DNA of 63,496 bases, counting the filler, from Craspedostauros australis (lineage: Eukaryota), in assembly GCA_030167865.1 (NCBI GenBank). It is 10 parts of 10 records of this genome, joined end to end, with 100 filler letters (N's around TTAATTAATTAA, not from the genome) between each part and the next. Parts side by side here need not be neighbours in the genome. Positions count along the whole stretch, not along the records: positions 1 to 3,886 come from JALAGF010003289.1; positions 3,987 to 5,780 come from JALAGF010003291.1; positions 5,881 to 32,186 come from JALAGF010003292.1; 7 more parts are not named here. One strand, written 5' to 3'. Below the pieces are notes generated by a model. That model saw only the letters and a program-made list of their open reading frames with translations, searched no databases and was not told the DNA's origin. How positions within the stretch are numbered: position 1 is the first letter of the stretch; every line of letters starts with the position of its first letter. The position numbers and the translations under genes were made by a program. Positions 1 to 11,985 of the stretch are shown here, piece by piece.

Positions 1-859
1 CATTGCCCACTCGTACAACACCGAACACGCTCTGGATGTAATCCTCGAAGAAATCTTCAATCAGATCAGCAAAATGATCCTGGTCGTTCGCCAAGTGCTT
101 GTAGAATTGAGTGTCATTGCGTTGAGAGATCGCCAGCAATTGATTGCTCCGAACGAAGCATCGAAACTCCATGCTGGGATACAACGTGCAGAATTTTCGC
201 AGCACGCATTGCAATGGGAATCTGCTGCCATGGCCGTGCTCACTTTGTCGCTGTTGTTGAGAGAGAAGCTCGACGTCGTGCTGGACGAAGTCGCTGCTCT
301 TCAAGAGCACGTAGATGTCACCTGGTGTTTGGCACTTGAGGCTGCCGCCGTTCATCCATGTGGCGTCCTTGGGAGATGACCAGTTCAATTTGGGCACTGC
401 GCTGCCACCCAACTCGTCGATTGCATCCTGAAATTGTTGAGTCAGATCGGGGAAGCTGTAGGGTTGCTGTTGCAGTTGCTGTTGCTCCTGCTGCATGGGC
501 TGTTCTTCAGGATCGGTGTCGGCATCGCCATCGCCACCGTCGGCCTTGTCTTCGGCGGATGATGCCCAACTATCATTTTCATTTCCCGCAGCACCCGCAT
601 CCGGCAGAAAGCTGGACACCTTGGTTGCTTCTGTGGGAAGATTCACGCCGTCGCTGAGCAGGTACTTCTGGAATTGCGCAGGCGATGCGGGGTACACGAT
701 CTTGGAGTTGATCGTCACGTTGACTCGCTTCTTTCCGACACACTTGGAAAAGATTGGGTACCAACTTGAGAATTGGCAATGCCACAAGTCGGAAGATGGG
801 ACGCTCTGGGTAAGCGGAGATGAGGGCGCGCCCGCACTATCTTTGTTTGGTGATTCCAT
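1..859 (-). CDS. CDC123: Cell division cycle protein 123 (D123 family, eIF2 assembly factor), 3'-truncated by the window edge
   Basis: Hand translation from ATG at 859-857 is open to position 1: MESPNKDS...WHCQFSSWYPIF...AIDELGGSAVPKLNWSSPKDATWM...LLKSSDFVQHD...PSMEFRCFVRSNQLLAISQR. These are D123 family signatures. Absent from the ORF track because no stop lies inside the window. Confidence 0.93.
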   Translation of the reverse strand, partial: MESPNKDSAGAPSSPLTQSVPSSDLWHCQFSSWYPIFSKCVGKKRVNVTINSKIVYPASPAQFQKYLLSDGVNLPTEATKVSSFLPDAGAAGNENDSWASSAEDKADGGDGDADTDPEEQPMQQEQQQLQQQPYSFPDLTQQFQDAIDELGGSAVPKLNWSSPKDATWMNGGSLKCQTPGDIYVLLKSSDFVQHDVELLSQQQRQSEHGHGSRFPLQCVLRKFCTLYPSMEFRCFVRSNQLLAISQRNDTQFYKHLANDQDHFADLIEDFFEDYIQSVFGVVRVGN

Positions 860-1468
860 GTTGTCTATCGTCGCTGTTGCCGCTGAGACGCTTCGGCGAT
901 GATCAGCGGAGATGCTTTTGTTGTGTGGAGGTGTCGCGAAGAGTGGCCACACCTCACACACCAAAATGTAATGCCCAATCAACCGAGATCGTGGTTGCGA
1001 GATGTCCACGTTTCACGATTGAATCGTGCGCCTTCCAAAAGACAACCTTCTCACGGACACACGGATGGACTCAACACGAGAGCCATTGATTCGTTTGGAC
1101 ATTTCATTCGAACGAGTCGGTTCAGTTGAGATTCAAACGTGTACATGTTGATCCACGATTGGATCACTGGAGCGGCTGTACCATACGTGCAGGAGTGTAG
1201 GGCCATCGCCTCCTGAGGTAGTACTCCCTCCAACAACTACCTTCTCCTGACAGCCCGGGAGATGCACCATCATATCTATTCTCCCTCAGATTGCTGTTCT
1301 GACTCGCTTGGAACACTTCAGAGTGCAGTGGAGTGGAGTACATCTGCGTAGGTAGAGTAGGCGTACGTTATTCACCCCCTGTCGAGCTCTGCGACTGCAC
1401 TGCCTGGCCTGAATGTCGTATCTCCCCATCATCAGTGCTGCTTTCACTTTACTTTTCTACAGCTACTG

Positions 1469-3396
1469 TCAGAGGATGCCAGAATCTTCGCCAGGGGCGG
1501 AGCCGTTGTCGAACGCCTCTTCGGTCGCCAAAAGGCTGCCATTCATCGTTGCGTCGTCCACAGTGGAAACATCGCTGTGGTCGCCATTGACTGATTCGTG
1601 ACGATGCTCACCCTCAGTATCGCTTCGTCCGCCACCGCGTCCCAGCTGACCCCCGGCAGTTTCAGGAAGCTGTGACACAAGGATGACAGTGCCGGCATGA
1701 ACGGCCAACATGACATAGCCCATTTGCATGAGTGGGATGCGGCCTTGCACAATGAATGGGGCAACGAATGCCCCTATCTTTGCCACGGCGTTAGCGGTGC
1801 TGTGCCCTGAAGCAGTCAAGCCGAGGTGCGAAGTATGCGTCGCGCGCGCGCAAATGGAAAGCAAGAACGAAAAGAGAAAGCGTGAGAAGCACGTTGCATT
1901 GCAAACCGATTGAGAGACGCGGAACTAACTATCAGCACCGCACTGTTTCGTATTCATCAGCGCACGACCAAACCAAACCACATCGAGTGACATCAACCGC
2001 GCCGCGTGGGCTTACCTGTTGTGCGCACTTCGGTCGTGAGAATCTCAGCCGTGCTGGTCCATGAGACGCAGCTGCCCGACATTTCGAAGATGCGCGCCAA
2101 AAATCCAAATGCAACGAGGAAGTTGCGACTGTAGCCTCTCGATGCGAACACGCACAGACAGAACACGCTGAGGCCCGCAAAGCCGTATGATGCAATCTGC
2201 AGCGGAATCCGACCGGATCGTTCCACAAGGAACACCGCGAGCGTGATCCCGATGAACTCTGCCGATGTGCTCACGAAGATCGCTCCGAAATCGAAGTCCA
2301 CGACGTCGTCCTTGGATTCCGCAGCAAAGATTGATGTGATGGCCATCGCCGTCCCGTAGTACCCAAAGGCGAAGAGTCCCCATGCTCCCCATAGGCACAT
2401 AATTGTTTTGAGCCAGCGGGGTCTGAACAGGTCTGCGAAGTTGCAATGCTCTTCCTCTTCCTCCGCAAGCTGCATGTACAACGGGAAGGTCTCTTGCGCA
2501 TCGTGCCCGTTCACGGCTGCGGCTTTGCGAAGGACATCCAATGCCTCCTCGCAACGTCCCTGCGACGCGAGCCATCGCGGACTTTCCGGAACGAAGAGGT
2601 ACCCCAGAATGATGGAAGTGAAGCACGGTAGTGATGACAAGGCCACGAACAATCTCCAGTTGTCGCCATGTTCCGGCCCCAAGGTCATCTTGGCAGCGAA
2701 CACAACCATCAATGTCCCTATCGTCCAGAAGTACTCGATGAGCAGCAGGTTCTTCCCCCGCGACTTTGCGGGCAGGAGTTCCGCAAGAATGTCAAAGGGA
2801 ACGGTGAGCCCTCCGACCCCGAAGCCCACCATGAAGTACAGGCCAAGCACGACGGCATAGCTCCGTGCCACCGAGACCGTCAATCCGAATGCTGTTATCA
2901 TGATGGATGCCACGAAGAAAGTCGGTCTGCGGCCCTTCGCGTCCGCGTATGGTCCCAGCACCAGCGTTCCGAGCATAGCTCCCGCGAACAGGCATGATGT
3001 GATGAGCGAGGCTTCGTTATCCGTGAGTCCCCAGTCCACCTTGAGGACTTCCGACAAGAACGACAGCTGCATGACCTGCATGGCATCCGCCGCAAAGCAG
3101 AGACCCGCCGCGCTCAAGACTTGCAGCTGGAACCGTCCCATGCCGAGCTTTTCGATGGCATCGTCAATCGTGATTTCTTCGCTGGGTTCGTCGATGAAGG
3201 CGTCATTTTCATTTTGATTATTGCTCGATGATGCGACAGGCTCAGCGCCGTTTGTTTGGCCGATGCTTTGGTTGGCATCACCCCCCTCTTTCGTGTCTTT
3301 CTCGTCGCCATTGCAGCTGATTTGATCGCGACTACATCCGTTGGTACTTGCACTCGGATAGACGTCTATTGACGCGGAAGGACCCACATCTGCCAT
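1469..3396 (-). CDS. MFS transporter, SVOP/SV2-like; exons 3396-2016 and 1806-1469
   Basis: Multiple TM helices, MFS motif (GPYADAKGRR), VPESPRWL and TAEILTTEVRTTG. Intron 2015-1807 (GTAAG...TTCAG) joins EVRTTG to HSTANAVAKIGAFVAPF in frame. Confidence 0.9.
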
Positions 3397-3886
3397 CACG
3401 ATGGATCACGGGCCTTTCGATCTTCTGTGTTGTGGGCCACAATTCAGGTCCAGGATGAGGATACAACGCCTTTCGATTGCTGTCTTGCTCTTTGGTGTGT
3501 ACGTCTCTGTGAATCCAACCTTTCGTTGCCTCTTTACTTGGATTATATAATCGTCGTATGTAGATAGAGACAAACGGTTGTGATGGGAGTGCTGTGGTTG
3601 GCTGAACGGGAATGTGTCATGTTCTTTGTTGAGGTCATTGGGGTTTCGGGGAAAACCCATTTTGGTCATGGTCGGCGTGTTTGGTCGGACACAACGCCAC
3701 AACTTTTCTGGGGAACACGGTAATTTGTCCACTCACGACTCCACGAGCTCGTGATTGAGCTGAATCGAGTCGTGCTTTATGACGTAGTTCCCGCCAAGCG
3801 CCGAAGTTGCGCGCCGGGCGTGCCTGATCCCGGAACGCCGCTCTCGCCCGATTCCCAATCGCGCGCTTGGTTAGTTGTGAGGTTCG

Positions 3887-3986
3887 NNNNNNNNNNNNNN
3901 NNNNNNNNNNNNNNNNNNNNNNNNNNNNNNTTAATTAATTAANNNNNNNNNNNNNNNNNNNNNNNNNNNNNNNNNNNNNNNNNNNN
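3887..3986. other. Artificial contig spacer N44-TTAATTAATTAA-N44
   Basis: Exactly 100 bp with an all-frame stop linker; the same string occurs 9 times. Confidence 0.98.
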
Positions 3987-4202
3987 ATCTTCATCGCCAA
4001 GAACCCATCAACATCTCAACGATCGCGGCACATCGACGTGCGCCATCACTACATGCGGAACATGGTAACCAACAAGAGCATCGAAATCATGTTCGTCAAA
4101 TCCGAACACAATACAAGCGATGGCTTCACCAAGAACATCAAGTCCGACTTGCAACAAGAGCATGAGAAGTCGTACCTTGACAAATCGAGAACATTCCAGT
4201 GA
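3987..4202 (+). mobile_element. Ty1/copia retrotransposon pol 3' end (RNase H C-terminus)
   Basis: Translates IFIAKNPSTSQRSRHIDVRHHYMRNMV...FVKSEHNTSDGFTKN...*. This matches the copia RNase H (R/K)xxHIDxRxH and (A/S)DxFTK motifs. Confidence 0.88.
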
Positions 4203-4214
4203 CTGAATGCATAC

Positions 4215-4479
4215 AGGAAGGGTGTTGGGATGTACATGCGTGTATGTGCATTGTTCACCCGCTATTCTCTCATACTCATGTTCGGACGGCATAACTATGC
4301 TCGTGTGGATAGTGAAATGTGATTGCCGAAATCACATCACGAATTTGGACACACGAAAACAATCAGAATTTTGGAAGGAAATTCGTGAACAACGATTTCT
4401 GAGATCATCAGGAATCTCGTCCATCCATCAACCAACTGAAACATGTGACATCGAGCAAGAATCGATGTACTTCCCAACA
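4215..4479 (+). mobile_element. Polypurine tract (4215-4222) and 3' LTR (4223-4479, 257 bp) of the copia element
   Basis: AGGAAGGG directly precedes TGTTGGGATGTAC. The LTR ends GTACTTCCCAACA, a 12/13 inverted match to its start, giving TG...CA termini. Confidence 0.8.
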
Positions 4480-5780
4480 AAACCTCAAATGACAATATCC
4501 TTGCCAGACCATTGCATCATCAATGGAATATGGAATCTGAAGGACCATGGAAGGCAACAGCTGACATTGACAGGATGTCATCATGTCACCACGTCATCAT
4601 CTGTCTCCACATCAGATCAAGAAGGTGAAGATTCAATGACCGAGGGACATCAAGATCGTGGATATACAAGGAGGAGTTGAAGATAAGACATTGGCAATTA
4701 ATCGTGGAGTTGTGGGCCAGTAGAGAATGAACTGACAGAGTATCAAATATGGAGCACGTATCGAGCACGGAATATCCCGTGGTATGAACATGTAATGCTG
4801 AGAGAGAGAATACGAGCAATAGCAAGAGAGCATCTTGTGTGCCAACTCATGGTTGGGCAGACCAACAAAAGACTCCAAGAGCATTGGACCAACAGCAGCA
4901 ACTCCAAGAGCATTGGAGTGCCAACATAATGAAATAGCAAACAGAATCGTAACAACAACCATCGCCATCTTCCATGATCGCAAGGGTATCTATGAGCGGA
5001 ACTTGCCATCACAGACAACTCCAAGATATGTGAGCCTGGCCTATTAGCACCATCCCCGCTGTGCTGAAACCACTGTGGAGTAAGCCGTTGCTGCAGGACT
5101 AACTCCCGGCACAAATCATTTGGGTTCAGGCCATGCGGCAAGGCCTCTGCAATGCTGCACCTCCAGCCATGAAGGTGCTCCTCAACTGGATGCGCACCCA
5201 CTGCAGGCAAGCCCAAGTGCCTGCCCCACGCAGCCTGACGACGCCAACGCAGACAGCCTGCCCGCACCATTGGCCTACGCATGCCACCAACTAAGACACT
5301 ACACAGCATTAGATCCGTTCCTGCTATGTGTGCCCACGTAGAATAAACAAGGCGAAATGAAAGTGCCCCTGGTGCATGACTTAACAGTTATCATCAGTGT
5401 GGTATATATGGACGTATGTGTTGTTGGTGTCGATTGGTTGGCAAAACTTGAGTGCTTTGCCTGGCGTGCTTGTTGTTCCATTGTCGATCCCACTGTCACA
5501 CAAGCTACATACTTGCTCCGCAGATGAAGGTGAGTTGAAAGGAAGGGAGGAGGCAGCATTGATTGGCAGTCTTGTCAACGAGTGTCTTCATGTTTGTGTT
5601 GAGGGTCGGGTGTGGATCATAGCACACAAGAATCCAACGTTCTTGGTCATCGCTAACGACATGAATGGCTCACAGACCAAAGCATGTAGTTATTGACATT
5701 ATCGTCCCTATTTTTGTGTACTGGTTGATGTTTGGACAGAAAGCAACAAGAAGAGGCAGGAATCATGTGGTGGTTGGCGC
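4480..5780. other. CpG-depleted degenerate sequence, probably a TE relic
   Basis: Visibly CA/TG-rich and CG-poor relative to gene-rich contigs; no convincing ORF; adjacent to an LTR. Confidence 0.45.
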
Positions 5781-5880
5781 NNNNNNNNNNNNNNNNNNNN
5801 NNNNNNNNNNNNNNNNNNNNNNNNTTAATTAATTAANNNNNNNNNNNNNNNNNNNNNNNNNNNNNNNNNNNNNNNNNNNN
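5781..5880. other. Artificial contig spacer
   Basis: N44-TTAATTAATTAA-N44. Confidence 0.98.
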
Positions 5881-7391
5881 GGCCAGCTCGCGAAGGATCA
5901 CCTCCCGGCATTGCCTGTACCTGTCGAGGTGTCCCTCAAGCTCCGCAATGGAATCGGCATCCCAACAACTGATGGCGGCGCGTTGGGAGATGGTGGGAGC
6001 ACTGATGAACATATTCTGCTGCAAGGAATTGATGGGGCGATCCAAGTGTTCTGGGATTACCATCCATCCCAACCTCCATCCGCACACTGTGAGGAGAGCG
6101 ATTGGTCATAATCATGCGAGCGCGTGAGAACGAGAGAGATCATGATCGATGTTAGACGGAGTTTTCAGGTGCATGATTCCAACAATACTCAAGTGTTTCT
6201 GTATGTTGCGGCTGTTGATGCCATTTGCACTTACTGGAGTAGTACTTTGAGAAGCTGTTGATGATCACGGCATTGCTGGAGTACTTCAAGGCAGTGGCTT
6301 CTTCTTTTCCAAATGTGATGCCATGGTAGATCTCATCGGACAGGAACTGGATGTTTTGGTCTTCGCAGAGCTTGCACAGTTCCTCCAGCTCGTTCGGGCT
6401 CAGCATGGCGCCAGTCGGATTGCCAGGCGAAGACAGAATCAAACCCTTGATGCGCGGGTCTTTGCGCTCTTCGCGACGACGGATCTCCGCCGCCAACTCC
6501 TTGGCTGTCAGCTTGAACTCGTCGTTGAGTGGAACGGTCGCGATGTCACAACCAAGTGCCGAAAGGATGTTGCGGTAGCACGGGTAACCGCAGGATCCGA
6601 CCGCGACCGTATCGCCAGCGTCGAAACACGCAGAGAAGGCCAACAGAAATCCGCCAGATGACCCGGTCGTCACGACGATTCGGTCGGTGGGGACTTCATC
6701 CTGCGACAAACCGTATCGATCCTGGTAATGCTGCGAGATCTTTTCGCGCAGAGCGACGAGGCCGAAGGCGTCTGTGTATCCCATGACTTGGTTTTCGGAG
6801 AGGGCGGCAATGGCTGCTTCCGCGACTGGCCTAGGTGCCCCCGTCGAAGGTTGGCCGACTTCGCAATGCAGAACATCCTTGCCTTCTTCCTGGAGTTCGT
6901 TGGCACGCTGAAGGATCTCTGTCCAAGTATGGGTAGAAACATGATGTAGAGTAGATGAAGGCAGAGGAAGGTGCGATAATGCGATGGCACGATTGGTGTT
7001 ATATGATGGTGTAAGATATGTGGGGGCACGAGTACCTTCAACTTGACGGTGAACATCGTTCTGTTTTTGTGCAGCGGAGACACGCACGCCCGCTTGAACA
7101 AATCCATCCAAGACCATCCAATACCATCGCCAGGAATTGATTCTTTCTGCCAAAGGAACAAGATGAAAACGAAACGAAGAAATGACGATAGCAACACACC
7201 AAGGCAAGACGAAAACACGGCACCGACTTCCGACACGCACCCATCACCTGGAAGGGTGCCACCTTGTTGGCGCGTTGGCTTTGCACCAGCCGCGATGATT
7301 CGATGCTCTTCATGCCCGCGCTGGATGTCATGGCGACAACTTGGGCGGTGATGACGATCGTGACGAAGAAGAAGAGATGCGTGGATGTCAT
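5881..7391 (-). CDS. PLP-dependent class I/II aminotransferase, copy A; exons 7391-7241, 6918-6235, 6086-<5881
   Basis: Spliced product MTSTHLFFFVTIVITAQVVA (signal-like)...PFQVM|EILQRANEL...HCEVGQP...VTTGSSGG...SSPGNPTG...SDEIYH...NSFSKYYS|MCGWRLGW, containing the PLP lysine motif. Introns 7240-6919 and 6234-6087 are GT-AG and in frame. The 3' end lies at 37356-37742. Confidence 0.92.
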
Positions 7392-8097
7392 GGTGACGAC
7401 TTGGGCGGTGATGATGGTTGCGGTATGAAGCAGAACGAGAAGACGCACTTGAGTGAAAGGGCCCGCAGTTGGTCCTGGGGTGCCGACGAAGTCCGAAAGG
7501 ATTTTTTTGTGAGCCTCGAGAGACGGTTCGGAATTGATGATGTCACAGTTATTGGAATCTGGGCTGATGGTAACGACTGTGGATGATCAGTGTGTGTGCT
7601 AACTGTGTTGTGTAGGGAATTATGAGGCATACCTCGCTNCTTTTGTTGTGTTTCGCTTTGTTCTGTTCCATCAGCGTTCGTGCACGTATTTCGATGTTTG
7701 CCTTCTCATTTCTCTCTGCTGTTGCGTCTTGATCGCTGCTGTGTGGTCGTCGTATCTTTTGTGTTTCCGATTCATGCGATCGTAGCTCCATGTCTCCGGC
7801 TCGTGCGGTCGTGGCTCCATTAACAGTAGCAAATACCGAACAACCACTCTGCGGGCGAAATGCCGAAACGCGCGCCACCCAGATGCGAGTACTCCACGAA
7901 CACTCCGACCAACACAACACAACCTGAACACAACACAGCACGGTACGACCACTCTCGCGGATCGAAAGTCTCTTGACCCCCAACCGAAGCAGAATAGAGT
8001 GCGAGCTACTCTAGGACATTCGACACAAAGCATACCAGACTATCAGTAGCTCCAGAGAGAAGAACAGTGGCACCCCCGCTCGACAGCTGAAGACAGG

Positions 8098-9249
8098 ATG
8101 AACACTCGAATTGCTGCAGCGAAGCGATCGCTGTTCGGAAGTGCGCCATTCCAGAGAAGGCTGCTTTCAACCAACCTGAACACTGACGTGAAAGTGGAGG
8201 TGTCGAAGGTGTCTGGTTCTTCGAGATTGCAGTCGCTGCGCGATCAATTGCAGAGCGAAGATCAGCAGTCGAACTCGCTGGATGCGTTCGCGGCATCCGC
8301 CAATACGCCAATCAAACGCAAGAAGGCGCCACCAAGGTCATCCAAGATCCTTCCCAAACCCAAATGGCTCAAGGCTCAGGCCGCCACGTCGGACAACTAC
8401 AAGGAGCTGCGCAGCACCGTGCGCGAACTGGGTCTCGCGACCGTATGCGAAGAGGCCAAGTGTCCGAACATCGGCGAGTGCTGGGGCGGCGGAGAGGACA
8501 ACACCGCCACGGCCACCATCATGATCATGGGCGACACCTGCACGCGCGGCTGTCGCTTCTGCTCTGTCAAGACCTCGCGGGCGCCAATGCCTCTGGATCC
8601 GGAAGAACCGGAGAAGGTGGCGACGGCGATCGCCAAGTGGGGCCTGGATTACGTCGTGCTGACGAGCGTGGACAGAGACGATCTGGAAGATCAGGGATCG
8701 CACCATTTCCGCAAGGTCGTGCAGAAGCTCAAGGAGAAGACGCCGGACCTCCTGGTGGAAGCGCTGACTCCAGACTTTCAGGGTCAGATGGATTTGGTGA
8801 CCGCTGTGGCGACATCGGGATTGGATGTGTACGCGCACAACGTGGAGACCGTGGAACGGTTGACTCCATTGGTGCGTGATCGTCGCGCCACGTACCAACA
8901 GAGCATGGAGGTGTTGCAGCACGTCAAGTCGGTGGCATCGTGCCTGACCAAGACTTCGCTGATGCTTGGCTTTGGTGAGACGGAGGATGACCTCATGATG
9001 ACTTTGGAAGATCTGCGGAAGAACGACGTTGACGTCGTCACGTTCGGGCAATACCTGCAACCGAGCAAGAGGCATCTGCCGGTCAAGGAGTATGTCACGC
9101 CAGAGAAGTTTGCGGAATGGCAAACGACGGCAGAGGGCATGGGCTTCACGTACGTTGCGTCTGGACCCCTGGTGCGATCGAGCTACAAGGCAGGAGAGTT
9201 CTTCCTCAAGAACTATCTCAAGGACAAGCAGAAGAACGCAGCGGCGTAG
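8098..9249 (+). CDS. lipA: Lipoyl synthase (radical SAM), probably mitochondrial
   Basis: [12 protein letters not shown] auxiliary cluster motif, CTRGCRFC radical SAM motif and C-terminal GPLVRSSY. The N-terminus is basic and presequence-like. Confidence 0.97.
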   Translation: MNTRIAAAKRSLFGSAPFQRRLLSTNLNTDVKVEVSKVSGSSRLQSLRDQLQSEDQQSNSLDAFAASANTPIKRKKAPPRSSKILPKPKWLKAQAATSDNYKELRSTVRELGLATVCEEAKCPNIGECWGGGEDNTATATIMIMGDTCTRGCRFCSVKTSRAPMPLDPEEPEKVATAIAKWGLDYVVLTSVDRDDLEDQGSHHFRKVVQKLKEKTPDLLVEALTPDFQGQMDLVTAVATSGLDVYAHNVETVERLTPLVRDRRATYQQSMEVLQHVKSVASCLTKTSLMLGFGETEDDLMMTLEDLRKNDVDVVTFGQYLQPSKRHLPVKEYVTPEKFAEWQTTAEGMGFTYVASGPLVRSSYKAGEFFLKNYLKDKQKNAAA

Positions 9250-9569
9250 AGTACTCGTCGAGGTGTCATACTGTATGAGCATGTGTGATACGACCGAGGA
9301 TGATCTGACAGAGGTGGAATTGATGAGATCTGCGTCGTGAGCGTCGGCCACGAACACAAGCAGTCACTAAACATCAATAATCCATCACCATTTCATGACT
9401 TCATCGCTCGCGCAAAAGTAGCGCATCCGAAAAGAATCACCGGACGTGTGAATGCTTTACAGTAGCAGCGCAGTTTGACGACTTGAAGAGCATCATGCTC
9501 TAATGCGGACTGTACGGAAAAGTAACACTAAATTCTGATGCTCCTAGTGAGATTGCATTCTGTTCAATT

Positions 9570-11056
9570 CTACAGTTCCGAGCCGGCATCGCTGGCACTG
9601 TCGTCGCTGCCACCACTCAACGCTTCTCGAATGGTCGCCTTCTGCTCGGCCGACAATTGATCTGGGAAGTCGACTTCGAATGTGATGAAGAGATCACCGT
9701 GGCCTCTGCCGCTGCGTCGTGGCATTCCCTTCCCTGGCACACGTGTCACATGGTCGCATTCTATGATGTCATCGATCTTCAGCTTGAAGTTCTTGCCGTC
9801 AAGATGTTTCAGCGTCAGCTCGAATCCGGTCTGTTGGTTGAGTAATGGAAGTGACGTGTTGTGTTTTTGATTTGCGTGATGTTGTATTGAAAGGGGAGAG
9901 AAGAATGTAGATCAGCCGACATGAATTGGTTAGTGAGCTCGGTGCATTGGTTTCATTGCATGATTTCATGCATTGGTAGAGTATTGTACGACTACTGTGA
10001 CAATCGTTTCTTGACTCCTTGCTGCGACCACAAGCTTGCGAAATGTGGGGGATCGAACCAGCATCCTTGCATGGCACTGAAATACAGCACAGTCCATCCC
10101 ACCGAAGCACGGCGGCAGCAGCTTCGCCGAAACCAACACGACAGCAATAACCGCAGCAAGGCACGCAAAACACTCACCAATGCATCGACCAACGGAATCT
10201 CCATGGTTCTGTACAGGTGATCTCCATCACGATGGTACTCCTTATGATCCGCCTCGAGGATGAAGAAGGAGAGGTCTCCTGCGGTGTAACCAGGCCTCTC
10301 GTCGGTGACACCCTCGAACGTGATGCGTTCCATCGGCCGCATGCCCGGCGTCACTTCCACGGTGAGGTTGATCTTCTCGGTTTCCGTCTTCTTGGGGCAC
10401 TCCTCACAGTTGGGCTTCCACATCTTGCCTGGCGCCACACAACGCTCATCGACTTGCTGGACCTGCTGCACGAATCCTGGCGCAAGCTGCTGTCTGCGGA
10501 TGCTAATGCCAGGAGCCTGACACGCCTGCATGGGCTTCAAACATGACTCCCACTTGAAGCAGAGGACCTCGCGGATGTACTCCAAGTCTAACGTCGCTCC
10601 CTTGTACAGCTGCTCCAAAGTGAGCTCAAGCGGCACCTCCACCGACGGAGTCTGGCGCTCCTGCTGTCGTCGGCGTCCACCTCCGCCGCCAAAGTTGAAG
10701 CCGAACTGGGAGAACATGTCATCGAAGCCGCCTCCGCCTCCGCCGCCGCGTTCCTCGTGCTGCTTGAGGCCATCTTCGCCGTAGCGGTCGTAGATACCCT
10801 TCTTTTCCTCGTCCGACAGCACCTCGTACGCGCGCGCGATCTCGGCGAACTTGTCCGCAGCGCCTTCCTCCTTGTTCTTGTCAGGGTGGAACTCCAGACT
10901 CTTTCTGCGGTAAGCCTTCTTGATGTCCTTCAGCGAGGCGTTCTTGGAGATGCCAAGCAGATCGTAGAAGTCGGCCCTCACGAAAGCGATGAACGACAGC
11001 AGCTGCAGCACAGCGATGACCACCATCCTCAGCTTCATTGGCTGGTTCCGTTGCAT
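9570..11056 (-). CDS. ER-luminal DnaJ/Hsp40 (ERdj3/DNAJB11-like); exons 11056-10178 and 9830-9570
   Basis: Signal peptide, J domain with HPD, G/F region and [13 protein letters not shown]. Intron 10177-9831 (GTGAGT...CAACAG) continues [15 protein letters not shown]...GKGMP...[12 protein letters not shown]...GSEL*. Confidence 0.93.
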
Positions 11057-11782
11057 CTTGTCTTCCTTCTTTCTCTCTTGCTTCCTATGTGTCTCTCTGT
11101 TTCACAATGTCTCTGTGCTTGTGGGTGCTCTGCTCGTCTCCTGGTTCGTCCCAGCGGCAACACTCTTCACAGTCTTCGCACTCTCAATACTCGCACTTGT
11201 ACGACCTATTATATGTCGGCAACACTCCCAATGTGACTCGTGGCGATTTCTTGGATCTTATTATTGCCAATGTGCGGCTGTTGGTGACCGTTGCGATTCT
11301 CGTCGTTTGGTCGCTCGAATTGTGCGTTGCGTGTCTTGGGTGGTTGTTGCTGCCTTTGTGCGTGTTGTCGTCGTGGTTGCGCATTGGAACGCGTTGTTTG
11401 TGCAAAGTGTCTCTGTTTGTGCCAAAACGACACGATCCTGTGCAGGAATGAGACCGAGTTGATTGGAACAACTCAGTAGTCGAGTGAATCAAAGTCATTT
11501 CCAAGTTGGTGTCGGTGATGTGGCCGATTCGTGACCGTACGTATGCAGTCCAGGCGCAAATATTGACCAATTATCGATGTATCGAGTTGGCTTGCGTCTG
11601 TCAGACGTAATATTTGCCTTTTTGAAAGCGTGCGAACCCTTTTGGTCGTATGTGTCGAAGGATACTGATTGGCAACAAGTTCCACTTGGCAGATGCCACA
11701 GAATGAAGGAAAAGGAGACTGATTTGTGCCGAACTTCAACTTTGCTCACACAGAAGTGAGACCTCACACATTCCAACACACC

Positions 11783-11829
11783 GATGAAGCAAACGCACTG
11801 ATGAAGCAAACGCACTGATGAAGCAAACG
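11783..11829. repeat. 17-bp tandem repeat GATGAAGCAAACGCACT (about 2.8 copies), followed by a (GA)n tract
   Basis: Read directly; lies in the divergent intergenic region about 160 bp upstream of the STI1-like ATG. Confidence 0.9.
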
Positions 11830-11985
11830 GAGCGATGGAACGCGAGGAGAGAGAGAGAGAGAGAGAGAGGAGGAGGAAAACCCCACCTCGTCGCAGGGTC
11901 ACAAATCCAGACAAAATCCATTCTCAGACTTTGACGCCTCGAAACCTCACATCCACATCCATCTGCTCTACGAATACAGCCAACA

